Shown here: positions 28,740 to 37,579 of the stretch, one piece after another
Numbering within the stretch: position 1 is the stretch's first letter
Layout: each line of letters begins with the position of its first letter
IMG/VR virus record: IMGVR_UViG_3300030433_001199
Span: 1 to 41,051 of that record
DNA: 41,051 bases
DNA from: a virus
Lineage: Duplodnaviria; Caudoviricetes
Direction: 5' to 3' (one strand)
The notes under the pieces: model-generated
Databases searched by the model: none
Told to the model about the DNA's origin: nothing
The model's input: the letters and a program-made list of their open reading frames with translations, nothing else
Made by a program: the position numbers and the translations under genes

Positions 28740-30444
28740 CGAACTCTATATCTTGACCATCGTCTTCATAATCTTCCGTAGGAATCTCCTTTAAACGACC
28801 TGTATCTCTATCATAGAGAAGTTTACAAGCAAGTCCTACATCACCTGTGTACCTAGACTTCAAGACTCTTAACTGTGTAGTATTAGATTCTTGTTCGTCT
28901 TCTGCTTGTTGATTTCTTTCTAGTGCAATCACACAATCACTGAGTTGTGCAATAGATTGTGAACCTCTCAAGTGACTGAGACTTACTTGTATTCCATTCT
29001 CGTGTCCTTTGTTACCATCAACTCTTCTCAAGTGAGAAACAAGTATCATACCTGCGCCTGTCTCTTCACAGATTGATCTGAGCTTAGTCATAATCGCATC
29101 GATTGCTCTACGCTCATCTCCTTCATACATAGCGCTAACCAACATATGAAGGTGATCGATAACAACCCACTTACAACCGCAACCAACTATCATATATCTT
29201 AATTTAGAAAAGATATCTTCGATAGAGTTAGTGCCGAAATGTGCGTGTATCCAAACACGATTTTCATTATCACCATTGTATAGAATATCAAAGTAATTAT
29301 CGATCTCATCTTTAGAAACTTGTTCTAGTTCTTGATCAATATATAATCTTCTATTGGCTTCTATAGATAAGATACCACTGATGGTCCTATTGGGATCTTC
29401 TTCCAATGCAATGATACCTACATTATCTTCTGTAGTTTTAATGAGCCAGTGTTCTAGTTCTCTTGTGACACTAGACTTACCCAAGCCTGTACCGCCTGTA
29501 AAGGTGACAAGCTCTCCTTGTCTCAAGCCATACAGTTTCCTGTTCAATCCTTCATAAGGATAAGGCACACTGACTTTCTTCTCTCGTGTAAAGAACTTTT
29601 CTTTGTATTCTGATACATTGATTACACCTGATGGTGTATATGTTTTTGCTTCCCACCAAGCTTGATTGTATGCATTTGTTGCGCCATCCATCAACATATC
29701 ATTTGCATCTTTGTATCCATTAGGGATACGCATAATCTTGGCTTTGTTGGGTGTCAAGAGTCTAGCTACTTTCTTTGCTGCTTCTTGACCTGCTTTATCT
29801 CTGTCGAAACACAGCACTACATTGTCAAAACTTTCAACAAATTCTAAACTGTTCTTGATATCTCGAACTGCTCCACCTGCACCTGTCTTTATACTTACGA
29901 CAGGCCACTTAGATCCTAGCATTTCGTATGCTGCTAGAGCATCGAACTCACCTTCTACAATGGTTAAGTATTTACCACCATCTTTAAAAAGTTGTTCACC
30001 AAACAACCCACTATCTGATAGCTCTCCTGTAGACCTAAAATCTTTCTTGGTTCCGGGAGGTGTTTCAGTTTTAACCTTTGTTGCTGTGAGTTTGTTGTCG
30101 TAATAGTAGGGAAATACCTGTTGTTTAACTACAGACTTTCCTCTTACATCGTGACCGTGTATGACTTTAACACCATACTTTCTTGCTGTCTTTTCAGATA
30201 TATTTCTGTGATCAAGACGAGCAAATGTTCCGTTCTTTGGAACCTCTAAAGCATAGTGCTTGTTGTCCTTTAACTTTGTAACTGTTGATTCCATTGGTTT
30301 ATCCTCACCTGTTTCTTTGTAGTAATCTTGTATAAAAGTTTCGCAACTAAAACATTTAGCTGATCCATCTTTGTTTATTGAACAAGCATCACTACTATTG
30401 CAAACAGGACAAGGTTTGTGAAATTCTACAAATTCTGTATTCAT
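28726..30444 (-). CDS. T7 gp4-like primase-helicase
   Basis: Zn finger CPVC...CFSC, TOPRIM IVEGEFDALA, Walker A GGTGLGKS, VIDHL, LRGS.SIAQLSD, KSRYTG. Confidence 0.95.
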   Translation of the reverse strand: MNTEFVEFHKPCPVCNSSDACSINKDGSAKCFSCETFIQDYYKETGEDKPMESTVTKLKDNKHYALEVPKNGTFARLDHRNISEKTARKYGVKVIHGHDVRGKSVVKQQVFPYYYDNKLTATKVKTETPPGTKKDFRSTGELSDSGLFGEQLFKDGGKYLTIVEGEFDALAAYEMLGSKWPVVSIKTGAGGAVRDIKNSLEFVESFDNVVLCFDRDKAGQEAAKKVARLLTPNKAKIMRIPNGYKDANDMLMDGATNAYNQAWWEAKTYTPSGVINVSEYKEKFFTREKKVSVPYPYEGLNRKLYGLRQGELVTFTGGTGLGKSSVTRELEHWLIKTTEDNVGIIALEEDPNRTISGILSIEANRRLYIDQELEQVSKDEIDNYFDILYNGDNENRVWIHAHFGTNSIEDIFSKLRYMIVGCGCKWVVIDHLHMLVSAMYEGDERRAIDAIMTKLRSICEETGAGMILVSHLRRVDGNKGHENGIQVSLSHLRGSQSIAQLSDCVIALERNQQAEDEQESNTTQLRVLKSRYTGDVGLACKLLYDRDTGRLKEIPTEDYEDDGQDIEFDAYA

Positions 30445-30513
30445 CTTGTTTGCTCCTTTTAAAATTGCCTACCACCTACCGAAGTTTAAAAGGTACTTCC
30501 TACCTGTACTACA

Positions 30514-30813
30514 TTAGTCCTCTTCAGGAGGAAAAGCATCTGTCTCTTCGATGTCAACTTCAGGTAGTGCTACTTCACCAGAAGGTAATTCAACACCTTC
30601 ATTATCGCTGTTGACTATCTCTACGATTCGACTAGAAAAGAAATTGATACTGGCTTGTATCTCTTCCAAGTCAAGAGTCAGGTTTGCTTTTTTCTGATTG
30701 AGTCTTTGAAGTCTTCCGAAGACTGCTTGACCCTCGTCAGGTAGCTCGTCTACAGATATTTGTACTCCATCGATCTCAATGTAAGGTACATTTCCATTTA
30801 CCTCTTCGTTCAT
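30514..30813 (-). CDS. Acidic coiled-coil hypothetical protein
   Basis: 99-aa ORF with GGAG RBS. Confidence 0.7.
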   Translation of the reverse strand: MNEEVNGNVPYIEIDGVQISVDELPDEGQAVFGRLQRLNQKKANLTLDLEEIQASINFFSSRIVEIVNSDNEGVELPSGEVALPEVDIEETDAFPPEED

Positions 30814-30825
30814 AATGATCTCCGA

Positions 30826-31257
30826 TTAAAATTCAATGTCGTCTGCTGAGTCATCAAGTACGTCAAACTCATCAAGGCTTCCATCGTTGTAAGGAACGTG
30901 TTCCAGTACTTGTATTGCTTGCAAGTCTAAACGATGAAAAGTTCCGTATTTGTTTTCGATTACTTTAGGCTCGAACTGAACTTTTATTTTTGATCCATTA
31001 CCTATTGGCTGATCAAAAGGATTCTTAGCTGAATCAACCACACGTACTGGCGGATTAGTAGAACCATCAGGTCTTAGGTAATACTTCTTGAAGAACAACG
31101 CAGGCTGTTCATCAATCTCTTTGATCTTATGCCCATCAGACTCATACTTAGCAGCAGTCTTTTTATCGACCACTAAAGTACACTGATATGTAGGCGGATC
31201 AAAGGTGTCGTTGGGTTTTAATGCGCTTACCCAATACGCTATTCCTTCTTCTATCAT
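30826..31257 (-). CDS. Single-stranded DNA-binding protein (T7 gp2.5-like)
   Basis: P.VVD...IGNGS.IKV...L.AIQVLEHV motif and acidic tail ending in F. Confidence 0.85.
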   Translation of the reverse strand: MIEEGIAYWVSALKPNDTFDPPTYQCTLVVDKKTAAKYESDGHKIKEIDEQPALFFKKYYLRPDGSTNPPVRVVDSAKNPFDQPIGNGSKIKVQFEPKVIENKYGTFHRLDLQAIQVLEHVPYNDGSLDEFDVLDDSADDIEF

Positions 31258-31304
31258 ATAAGGTCCTCCATATTAAAGAAGTTATTGTTATTAAACATAG
31301 GCGG

Positions 31305-31333
31305 ATTATACAGGAATCCAATCCTAATGTCAA
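31305..31333 (-). promoter_or_regulatory. Consensus sigma70 promoter TTGACA-17-TATAAT driving the SSB/replication operon
   Basis: Perfect hexamers on the minus strand. Confidence 0.85.
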
Positions 31334-31528
31334 GAACAAAATGAAATATAATAGAGAAAGTTGTGAGGGTTTTTGGAGTCACGAATGCCCTCACGCACTC
31401 ATCTGTTACAGAAACAGGTGTATCTAAGCGACCTGTGTATAGGTATTGTGTTGTGTTGTGTTGCTTATATTACACGACTCGTAGTGAGTATACACTTCTC
31501 ATCTTTTATATTTCTTTTCGTACATAGT

Positions 31529-31557
31529 ATTGTAGGTACAGATTTTAAATCTGTCAA
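31529..31557 (-). promoter_or_regulatory. Sigma70 promoter TTGACA-17-TACAAT overlapped by palindrome ACAGATTT-T-AAATCTGT
   Basis: Seen directly. Confidence 0.75.
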
Positions 31558-31560
31558 GTT

Positions 31561-31815
31561 TTATTTGTTTCTTTTCGTATAATCATAAAAGAATTTCTTT
31601 GGATTTTCCAATCCATTAATGATCTTTATTCTTTTTAACCCGTGCATCTTGAACTTGGCCTTCGTCAAAAGCTTAAAGTCTTTCTCGTTGTTAAGACGAA
31701 TCACCACTGACATATCTTTAAACTGTCTCAAGTACTCTCGTGCTTCTGCAATACCTTTGAGTTTAAGATTCAAACCATTCCAGATGTAATCAGTAGTATT
31801 CATAAGGTCCACCAA
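31561..31815 (-). CDS. Basic hypothetical protein (start possibly 31803)
   Basis: ORF; a start at 31803 gives an ATGA overlap with the upstream gene. Confidence 0.6.
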   Translation of the reverse strand: MVDLMNTTDYIWNGLNLKLKGIAEAREYLRQFKDMSVVIRLNNEKDFKLLTKAKFKMHGLKRIKIINGLENPKKFFYDYTKRNK

Positions 31816-32288
31816 TCAGGCTTACTACGATTTCGTTCCCATTTAGCATAGTGTTTCTCGTTGATACAGTAGTTGCGATAAGCTTTGATAGGATCATTAT
31901 CTTTGTATTGATCAGGCATAGCCTGTGCTACTGGTGTTTGTTCAGTTGAAATTTCTATATTATCAGGCCATTTAGATAAAGGGTTTCTTAGTTTAGTTAT
32001 ACTTGCGTGTTCTTTCCCATATCTATATTTGTATTCATTACCTAATTCTAAAAAATGTAAATACAGCCATAAATAATTAGCACTACATTCTCTTGCCCAA
32101 ACAGTACAAGGATGATTCCAGTACGCTCTTTTGTATAAACCTACCTTGTCTGCATACTCGTCACCATCTAACTCTCGATGAGCTGTGCATAACATCTGAG
32201 CAGTTTCAAGCGGCATCTTGACTAACATCTTGTCAGGCTGTGCTTGTGCTGAAACGATTGGGCTTCGATCAAAATAAAATATGTTCAT
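31800..32288 (-). CDS. Pyrimidine-dimer DNA glycosylase / endonuclease V-related protein
   Basis: MNIF...A....DK..VKMPLE.AQML...NHPC.VW...NY.WL...EY..RYGK.H...AMPD.Y...AYR.Y. Confidence 0.8.
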   Translation of the reverse strand: MNIFYFDRSPIVSAQAQPDKMLVKMPLETAQMLCTAHRELDGDEYADKVGLYKRAYWNHPCTVWARECSANYLWLYLHFLELGNEYKYRYGKEHASITKLRNPLSKWPDNIEISTEQTPVAQAMPDQYKDNDPIKAYRNYCINEKHYAKWERNRSKPDWWTL

Positions 32289-32362
32289 TGTTGTGTTACT
32301 CCTATTATTAAAATCATCATCAGTAGAATGACTGAAAGAATGTGAAACGAATACTTAATCAT
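32285..32362 (-). CDS. 25-aa single-TM peptide (MIKYSFHILSVILLMMILIIGVTQQ), not in ORF track
   Basis: TAATG overlap upstream and ATGA overlap downstream; exactly fills the gap. Confidence 0.55.
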   Translation of the reverse strand: MIKYSFHILSVILLMMILIIGVTQQ

Positions 32363-32556
32363 TATCCTTTCTCCACGTGAATAACTTCTCTTTCATTACC
32401 CATATAATTATTTGAGTCTACATACTCACCATCATTCCAACGATCTCTTGCATCGTCTTCTGATTCTGCTTCGACTTCATATCTTTCTTCCCATTCGCCT
32501 TTAACTTTAACATCTACAATATAAGTTTGTAATACTGTTGGTTTAAATTTTTGCAT
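32362..32556 (-). CDS. Small acidic protein, DpnD/PcfM-like (V.AESEDDA)
   Basis: Y.V...YEVEAESEDDA motif. Confidence 0.65.
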   Translation of the reverse strand: MQKFKPTVLQTYIVDVKVKGEWEERYEVEAESEDDARDRWNDGEYVDSNNYMGNEREVIHVEKG

Positions 32557-32792
32557 TATTCCTCCTCATTATCACTAATGGTTTGTACTTTTAATACTTC
32601 AAACAAGTGCTTAGTAGGTATCAAATCATCTAGCTCATTGTTACTGAGTTTATCATTCACTACCTCTATAGCTTCTTGTTCATTCTTTGCATCGACTACG
32701 AGAGTATAATTTCTCCAGTCTATAAAGTCTATAAAATATGTATGTCTTTTAGATTTTATAGAGTCTTTAATACTTATAACATTATTGTTCAT
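32556..32792 (-). CDS. Small acidic protein, DpnD/PcfM-like (VDAKNEQEA)
   Basis: Same motif class as the neighbouring gene. Confidence 0.6.
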   Translation of the reverse strand: MNNNVISIKDSIKSKRHTYFIDFIDWRNYTLVVDAKNEQEAIEVVNDKLSNNELDDLIPTKHLFEVLKVQTISDNEEE

Positions 32793-32841
32793 AGTTCTTA
32801 TAATCCTTATATTAATTATATATATTATATACTATATATAG

Positions 32842-32870
32842 ATTGTACCAAACAAACATATCAATGTCAA
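32842..32870 (-). promoter_or_regulatory. Sigma70 promoter TTGACA-17-TACAAT with TGn extended -10
   Basis: Seen directly. Confidence 0.75.
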
Positions 32871-33034
32871 CTAAAATCTAATTCTTTAGTTTCGTTATCT
32901 TGTTCGATCTCAACATCATCATTAGGGTTCAAGGGTTCAGGACTTATATATAATCCAAAGTTATTTACATCTAATGTGTTGCTAAACTTATCAAACATAT
33001 CATCGATCTCTTTCTGTATGTCTTTGATTTTCAT
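32867..33034 (-). CDS. 55-aa acidic hypothetical protein, not in ORF track
   Basis: Manual translation MKIKDIQKEID...ELDFS; AGGA RBS. Confidence 0.55.
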   Translation of the reverse strand: MKIKDIQKEIDDMFDKFSNTLDVNNFGLYISPEPLNPNDDVEIEQDNETKELDFS

Positions 33035-33128
33035 AGTGTTTTCCTATATAATTTTTAGTTATATACCTACCACATCCTACCGAAACTTTAGCTACTTAAT
33101 AGCTTGGTGTTCTAACCAAGGGTTATAA

Positions 33129-33314
33129 TCAAACAAGTTTAATGGTGAAGTATCTTCTACCGAATTGGAACTCAGTTCCTAATCCAGTGCGCAACACTTG
33201 CCACCTGCTACGATAGATTCTTTTACCATACTTACCTTTTACAAGGCCAAGCACGTTATAAAAATTACCGTAGTTTTCGTTTCTTGTTTGATCGATTTGT
33301 ACTATATTAGCCAT
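33129..33314 (-). CDS. Basic hypothetical protein (61 aa)
   Basis: GAGGAG RBS. Confidence 0.6.
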   Translation of the reverse strand: MANIVQIDQTRNENYGNFYNVLGLVKGKYGKRIYRSRWQVLRTGLGTEFQFGRRYFTIKLV

Positions 33315-33332
33315 AATACTATCTCCTCACTA

Positions 33333-33682
33333 TTGTTTTGACAACAAATCAAAAGGTGTGTTGTCATTCACCTTTAGAATTAGATATTAAAATACTACCT
33401 AATCTTTTAAGATAAAAGTTATCTAAATAAGCTGCGAAACCTCTACCACAATCGAAAAAATTTCCAGTTTTTTCTTCAACATAATTATCGATTGTGTCGT
33501 GATCATAAATATACATTACCTGTTTAGCACTTCCGTTGTATCTGAGTCTTTCATACTCTGCACAAACCTGACCCACCAGTAGGTTTTTTTCTTCTTGTGA
33601 AAGTTTTGTTTTATCTAATAAATATTCCATAATATATACCTTTTTTGTTTAACAACAAATCAAAGAGTGTGTTGTCTTTCAC
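33333..33682. repeat. Pair of ~38-bp direct repeats (33333-33371, 33645-33682), each a hairpin, flanking one gene
   Basis: ACAACAAATCAAARRGTGTGTTGTCWTTCAC occurs in both intergenic gaps. Confidence 0.85.
33364..33630 (-). CDS. Hypothetical protein (88 aa)
   Basis: ORF between the direct repeats. Confidence 0.6.
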   Translation of the reverse strand: MEYLLDKTKLSQEEKNLLVGQVCAEYERLRYNGSAKQVMYIYDHDTIDNYVEEKTGNFFDCGRGFAAYLDNFYLKRLGSILISNSKGE

Positions 33683-33933
33683 TCATCATAACCATATACT
33701 TCTTGTCTGACGTATTGATATGCCATATACTCTACAGCTTCGCTCTCTGCTAAAGGATGTCCTTCGTCTTTCAATATCTGTACAACATTCTGTATAAACT
33801 GTTCAACGTGGTTAGGTCTAGGTTGCCCTGTCCAAACAAGAGGAAGATCATCCTTAACTTTATTCCAAGCATCTTCAGCCACGTGTAGTACTGCATTCTC
33901 AGCATCCAACATCATTGCTTTTAGTTTCGCCAT
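33679..33933 (-). CDS. Hypothetical protein (84 aa)
   Basis: GGAG RBS; overlap-coupled. Confidence 0.65.
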   Translation of the reverse strand: MAKLKAMMLDAENAVLHVAEDAWNKVKDDLPLVWTGQPRPNHVEQFIQNVVQILKDEGHPLAESEAVEYMAYQYVRQEVYGYDE

Positions 33934-34127
33934 CTTATTTCTCCCATTAAGTCATCAATTCTTTGGTGTATAAACGCGTGGTAGTCATCACTATCCTCAC
34001 TGTAACTCTCGTGTGCTTCAATCATAGCAAGCTTTATACATTTAACACGTTTCATATCTTGAAGCATCTTCACTTCTTTGTTGATATCTTCAATATATTT
34101 TTTAAGTTGTTCTTTTTCAGACATCAT
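33921..34127 (-). CDS. Hypothetical protein (68 aa)
   Basis: Overlap-coupled ORF. Confidence 0.6.
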   Translation of the reverse strand: MMSEKEQLKKYIEDINKEVKMLQDMKRVKCIKLAMIEAHESYSEDSDDYHAFIHQRIDDLMGEIRWRN

Positions 34128-34344
34128 AAGTGTACACCTTTCCTCTAGGACTAGTATATTCAGTCTCTTGTACAGTTACTAGATACTGTGTACCATACCT
34201 ATCTGTTAGTTCTATCTTCTTTTTGAATGGCCCTCTAACAATATCGGACTCGCTTGAATCAACATAACCAACTTCAGCGACAATTTTAGAATCATCTTTT
34301 AAAGTCTTCTGTATAATCGAAGCTATATAATCAGAATAAATCAT
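34117..34344 (-). CDS. Hypothetical protein (75 aa)
   Basis: AAGGAG RBS. Confidence 0.65.
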   Translation of the reverse strand: MIYSDYIASIIQKTLKDDSKIVAEVGYVDSSESDIVRGPFKKKIELTDRYGTQYLVTVQETEYTSPRGKVYTYDV

Positions 34345-34364
34345 ATCTTTTCTCCTTTGTTTAT

Positions 34365-35780
34365 TTATTTAATATTACTTAGTATATGTGAAACCACCTC
34401 AATTGTCCACCCATTTCCGAGCATCTTGTAGCGCTGTGTATTGCTGACACCTGATGTATAATTATCATCAACTGTCTGTAGTCTCTCGCATTCTAGTGGT
34501 GTAAGCTTTCTCCAATGTAAATCTGTTGCTACATTCGTTCTATTAGCAAAAGATGCTGTCAAAGCGTGACTCTTTCCTCTCTCATCAAACACTCTGTCTT
34601 GCATATGAGGTTGCTTACCTCCTGCATCTTTACTAGGATTTACTTGATTAGGTTTGGTAGTCACCACCACATTATCTTTCTGTACTGTCGTAAGAGTATT
34701 GGTCTTATCATCTTTGCGTAGCTCTAGTTTTTGCGTGGTCGATCCATCCTCATTGTATCTACCTCTCCAAGCACCTGTCACAACCTTTGGTTCTCTATGG
34801 CCACCTTGCATCGTTGTTAATGTCGGTGACTTACCATCAGGTGAGTAGACTCTCTTGATTATATCATAACCTTTGATGTCTACTGCTGTACCTACTTGTT
34901 GAGGTTTATCGATAACCTCCTTCTGCGGTATTCCTGTTGCGTGAAAAGTACCGCTCCTTTCAAAGTTTGCTTTAGATGATTTGTAATACTGCGATTTAAT
35001 TGTTTGCGACTTTTTTGGTAAATCACTGGTATCATCAACCAACTTGTGAGGCACTAAAGTCATACCATTGTTACCTGCACCTTTGTACATCGTGGCTGTC
35101 ATACATAAACTCTTATCGTCAGGATTCTTGTAGTGCCTTCGATTCCTCTCAGTATCTTTGACAGGATTCTCATCGTGATCATCTTCTAAGATATCTCTCA
35201 AGACTATCCCTCTATCTTCAGGCTGTTGAACATTTGGTATGTTGGTCCAATAATATCTCAGCCTGTTCTGTGCGCTCACCAATGCACTGTTGATTAGGAT
35301 TGGTTCTATTCTAACATCACCAAACATATCTACAAACTCATCGTCTACCTCATCAGTAGTATAGCAAGACGATACTTGCTCAGTGATTATATCAAGATAC
35401 TCTTTCTTCATACGAACATTCTCTAACAGAAAATACTTAGGCTTTAGCTCTCTTAACAATCTAACAAACTCAAAGAACAACATTGATCTTGGATCATCGA
35501 ATGCCAATTGCTTACCTGCAAAACTAAATCCTTGACAAGGTGAACCTGCCAAAAGTAAATCTACCTTTGGCAAGTCTTTGGCTACCACACCACAAACATC
35601 TCCTAGTTGTATCGTATCAGGATAATTCTTCTGAGTAACTTGCATTGCATACTTGTCAATCTCTGCAGCATAATACTTGTTGACTTTGATTCCAAGTCTG
35701 TCCAATGCTTGTTGACCACAGCTCATTCCATCGAACAAGCTCAGTACATTGATACCCTCTTCTTTACTTTTTAAGCTCAT
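34365..35780 (-). CDS. DNA (cytosine-5) methyltransferase with expanded variable region
   Basis: Motif I SLFDG, IV GSPCQGFS, VI LLENV, VIII QNRLR, IX RKLTPLECERLQ, X YKMLGNGW. Confidence 0.95.
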   Translation of the reverse strand: MSLKSKEEGINVLSLFDGMSCGQQALDRLGIKVNKYYAAEIDKYAMQVTQKNYPDTIQLGDVCGVVAKDLPKVDLLLAGSPCQGFSFAGKQLAFDDPRSMLFFEFVRLLRELKPKYFLLENVRMKKEYLDIITEQVSSCYTTDEVDDEFVDMFGDVRIEPILINSALVSAQNRLRYYWTNIPNVQQPEDRGIVLRDILEDDHDENPVKDTERNRRHYKNPDDKSLCMTATMYKGAGNNGMTLVPHKLVDDTSDLPKKSQTIKSQYYKSSKANFERSGTFHATGIPQKEVIDKPQQVGTAVDIKGYDIIKRVYSPDGKSPTLTTMQGGHREPKVVTGAWRGRYNEDGSTTQKLELRKDDKTNTLTTVQKDNVVVTTKPNQVNPSKDAGGKQPHMQDRVFDERGKSHALTASFANRTNVATDLHWRKLTPLECERLQTVDDNYTSGVSNTQRYKMLGNGWTIEVVSHILSNIK

Positions 35781-36144
35781 CTATTGTCTCCCTTAGATTC
35801 TCTCTCTCTTGTATAAGTTCACGCATCTCATATTGTTTATCCCAAATGTTACGATTCAACCTAGACATCTCTTCGTATGCCTCGTTTATTCTCTTGGCTT
35901 TGGTTCTATAATCAAAGTAAAGTGTCACTCTCTCTGCGTGTTCAATGGGTAGATCCTGATCGTATGATCTAGGTCTGTACCCATCTTTCAATGCAGGCAT
36001 AGTTCTTGGACCTCTCGCTCTGATTCTTGAAAGTCTATAAGGTGTATCCTCTAGACCTTTCTTGAGAAGATCAATGATCTTATCTGATGCTTCTCTCTCT
36101 TTACCTTTCTTATAAGGTATATTTTTTATTGACATTATTGACAT
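35764..36144 (-). CDS. Hypothetical protein (126 aa)
   Basis: AGGAG RBS; C-terminal coiled coil. Confidence 0.7.
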   Translation of the reverse strand: MSIMSIKNIPYKKGKEREASDKIIDLLKKGLEDTPYRLSRIRARGPRTMPALKDGYRPRSYDQDLPIEHAERVTLYFDYRTKAKRINEAYEEMSRLNRNIWDKQYEMRELIQERENLRETIDELKK

Positions 36145-36159
36145 AATATTAGCTCCTCC

Positions 36160-36372
36160 TTATGGGCCTTCATTCATTGTTGTTTCAAAAAGATGATCAA
36201 CTATATATTCATCTTTCAGTTCATCCATATCTACCAAGCGGAAGATATATTTGAATATTAAACTAATACCTAGTTTGTTTTTTATAATATAACTAAAGAC
36301 TTCTAATGTTTCCATCTCAGCTAGTTCACTCTCTACTCTATCAACGATAGCATCTTTACTCCAATGTGACAT
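36160..36372 (-). CDS. Hypothetical protein (70 aa)
   Basis: GGAG RBS. Confidence 0.6.
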   Translation of the reverse strand: MSHWSKDAIVDRVESELAEMETLEVFSYIIKNKLGISLIFKYIFRLVDMDELKDEYIVDHLFETTMNEGP

Positions 36373-36376
36373 AACT

Positions 36377-36544
36377 CTATGCTCCTATCTTTCTAATGAT
36401 TCTAATTGCGTGGATCACATCTAGTTCTAAGATATCAACCCACTCCTCTCTACTGTCTGAATAATACTGATATTCTTCTGACATATCAACAGGTATAGTC
36501 TTACCTAAAGCTTTCATTATTGCTAACACTGTTTTTAGTTTCAT
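36377..36544 (-). CDS. 55-aa hypothetical protein, not in ORF track
   Basis: Manual translation MKLKTVLAIMKALGK...; AAGGAG RBS. Confidence 0.6.
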   Translation of the reverse strand: MKLKTVLAIMKALGKTIPVDMSEEYQYYSDSREEWVDILELDVIHAIRIIRKIGA

Positions 36545-36557
36545 AACTTTCTCTCCT

Positions 36558-36767
36558 TTATAAAATTACTTCTTTAATATCTTCAACATATATACTACCC
36601 ATCTCATCAAAGAATCCTACCTCACTTGCTCTCAGATCAACAAGCAAAGTCTTTTTAAATCCTTTTCCTTGTTTGATACTCTCTAGTGAGTAAGCAGTAC
36701 ATAAACCCAAACCATTATCGACTCTTAGTTCAGTTCCTTTTTTTACATTTTCTATATTATCAATCAC
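36558..36767 (-). CDS. Hypothetical protein (69 aa)
   Basis: GAGGAG RBS; GTG start. Confidence 0.65.
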   Translation of the reverse strand: MIDNIENVKKGTELRVDNGLGLCTAYSLESIKQGKGFKKTLLVDLRASEVGFFDEMGSIYVEDIKEVIL

Positions 36768-36786
36768 AATTTTTCTCCTCTATTTT

Positions 36787-37437
36787 TTAATGTTCAAGGT
36801 AAGCAACATTACTCACCCTCTTATCCCAACAAGCTCTGCAATCCTTACACTCGTTGCCTTGTGTTGGTGCAGGACAAGTATAACCTTTATCACTTTTAGA
36901 AGTGACAACTGTACTTGTATGCTCGTGGAATTTATGAGGCTCTCCATCTACCATCGTTGCACTCACTCGCACAATCAAATTGCTAGGAAAGCTTCCATAA
37001 TCTTTCAAGTATTCTTTCACCATCTTTGCTTCTCTCGTGGGCAGCCAATGCTTAACACTAGGTGTAAGCTTACAGACTTCTACAATCTTAGTCAAGTGTT
37101 TTACACTCTGAATATCACCACTATCGTGCCATCTAAAGTGATCGGTCTTACTCGCATACCAATTGATGAGGAAAGCCATAGCTCCTACCCATTTAGGATT
37201 GTTCTCTACTAGGTCTAGCCTGTTGTATAAAGCCTTACCTACATTGGCAAACCTTATGTAGTTACCCTTCAATGCATAGCAGTTATAACAAACACTACCC
37301 TTTACTTTGACTAACTTACTCCCTGTCTTACATTCTTGAGCAGGTACACTGTAAGAAAATCCGGGCATCTTAGATGGCTTACCTAATCCACCTACCTCTT
37401 TCATAGCTGTTGCTACTGTATACTTAGTCGTTGTCAT
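36787..37437 (-). CDS. GP88-like protein (Cys-rich, radical-SAM-like fold suspected)
   Basis: KMPG...C...C..CYA..G, FRWHDSGD, WLPTRE, NL.VR.S, CP...C..CRACW. Confidence 0.75.
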   Translation of the reverse strand: MTTTKYTVATAMKEVGGLGKPSKMPGFSYSVPAQECKTGSKLVKVKGSVCYNCYALKGNYIRFANVGKALYNRLDLVENNPKWVGAMAFLINWYASKTDHFRWHDSGDIQSVKHLTKIVEVCKLTPSVKHWLPTREAKMVKEYLKDYGSFPSNLIVRVSATMVDGEPHKFHEHTSTVVTSKSDKGYTCPAPTQGNECKDCRACWDKRVSNVAYLEH

Positions 37438-37579
37438 CAGACACCTCCTCTATATTACAATCATCTACATACCCATAATCTGAAAGATTATCAAATTCTT
37501 CTTGAGCTTGTTCTTTGTTTTCTGCCTCAACAATACAAACTAAAGTCGTGGTTATTTTATATTCTTTTAGTTCACTCAT
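37424..37579 (-). CDS. 51-aa acidic DpnD/PcfM-like protein (VEAENKEQA), not in ORF track
   Basis: Manual translation; AGGAGG RBS; overlap-coupled. Confidence 0.65.
   Translation of the reverse strand: MSELKEYKITTTLVCIVEAENKEQAQEEFDNLSDYGYVDDCNIEEVSDDND

Noticed and set aside
32676-33128. 150-aa plus-strand ORF, and similar plus-strand ORFs at 36790, 37515 and 38296
   Set aside because: Antisense to well-supported minus-strand genes that have RBSs and coupled junctions.
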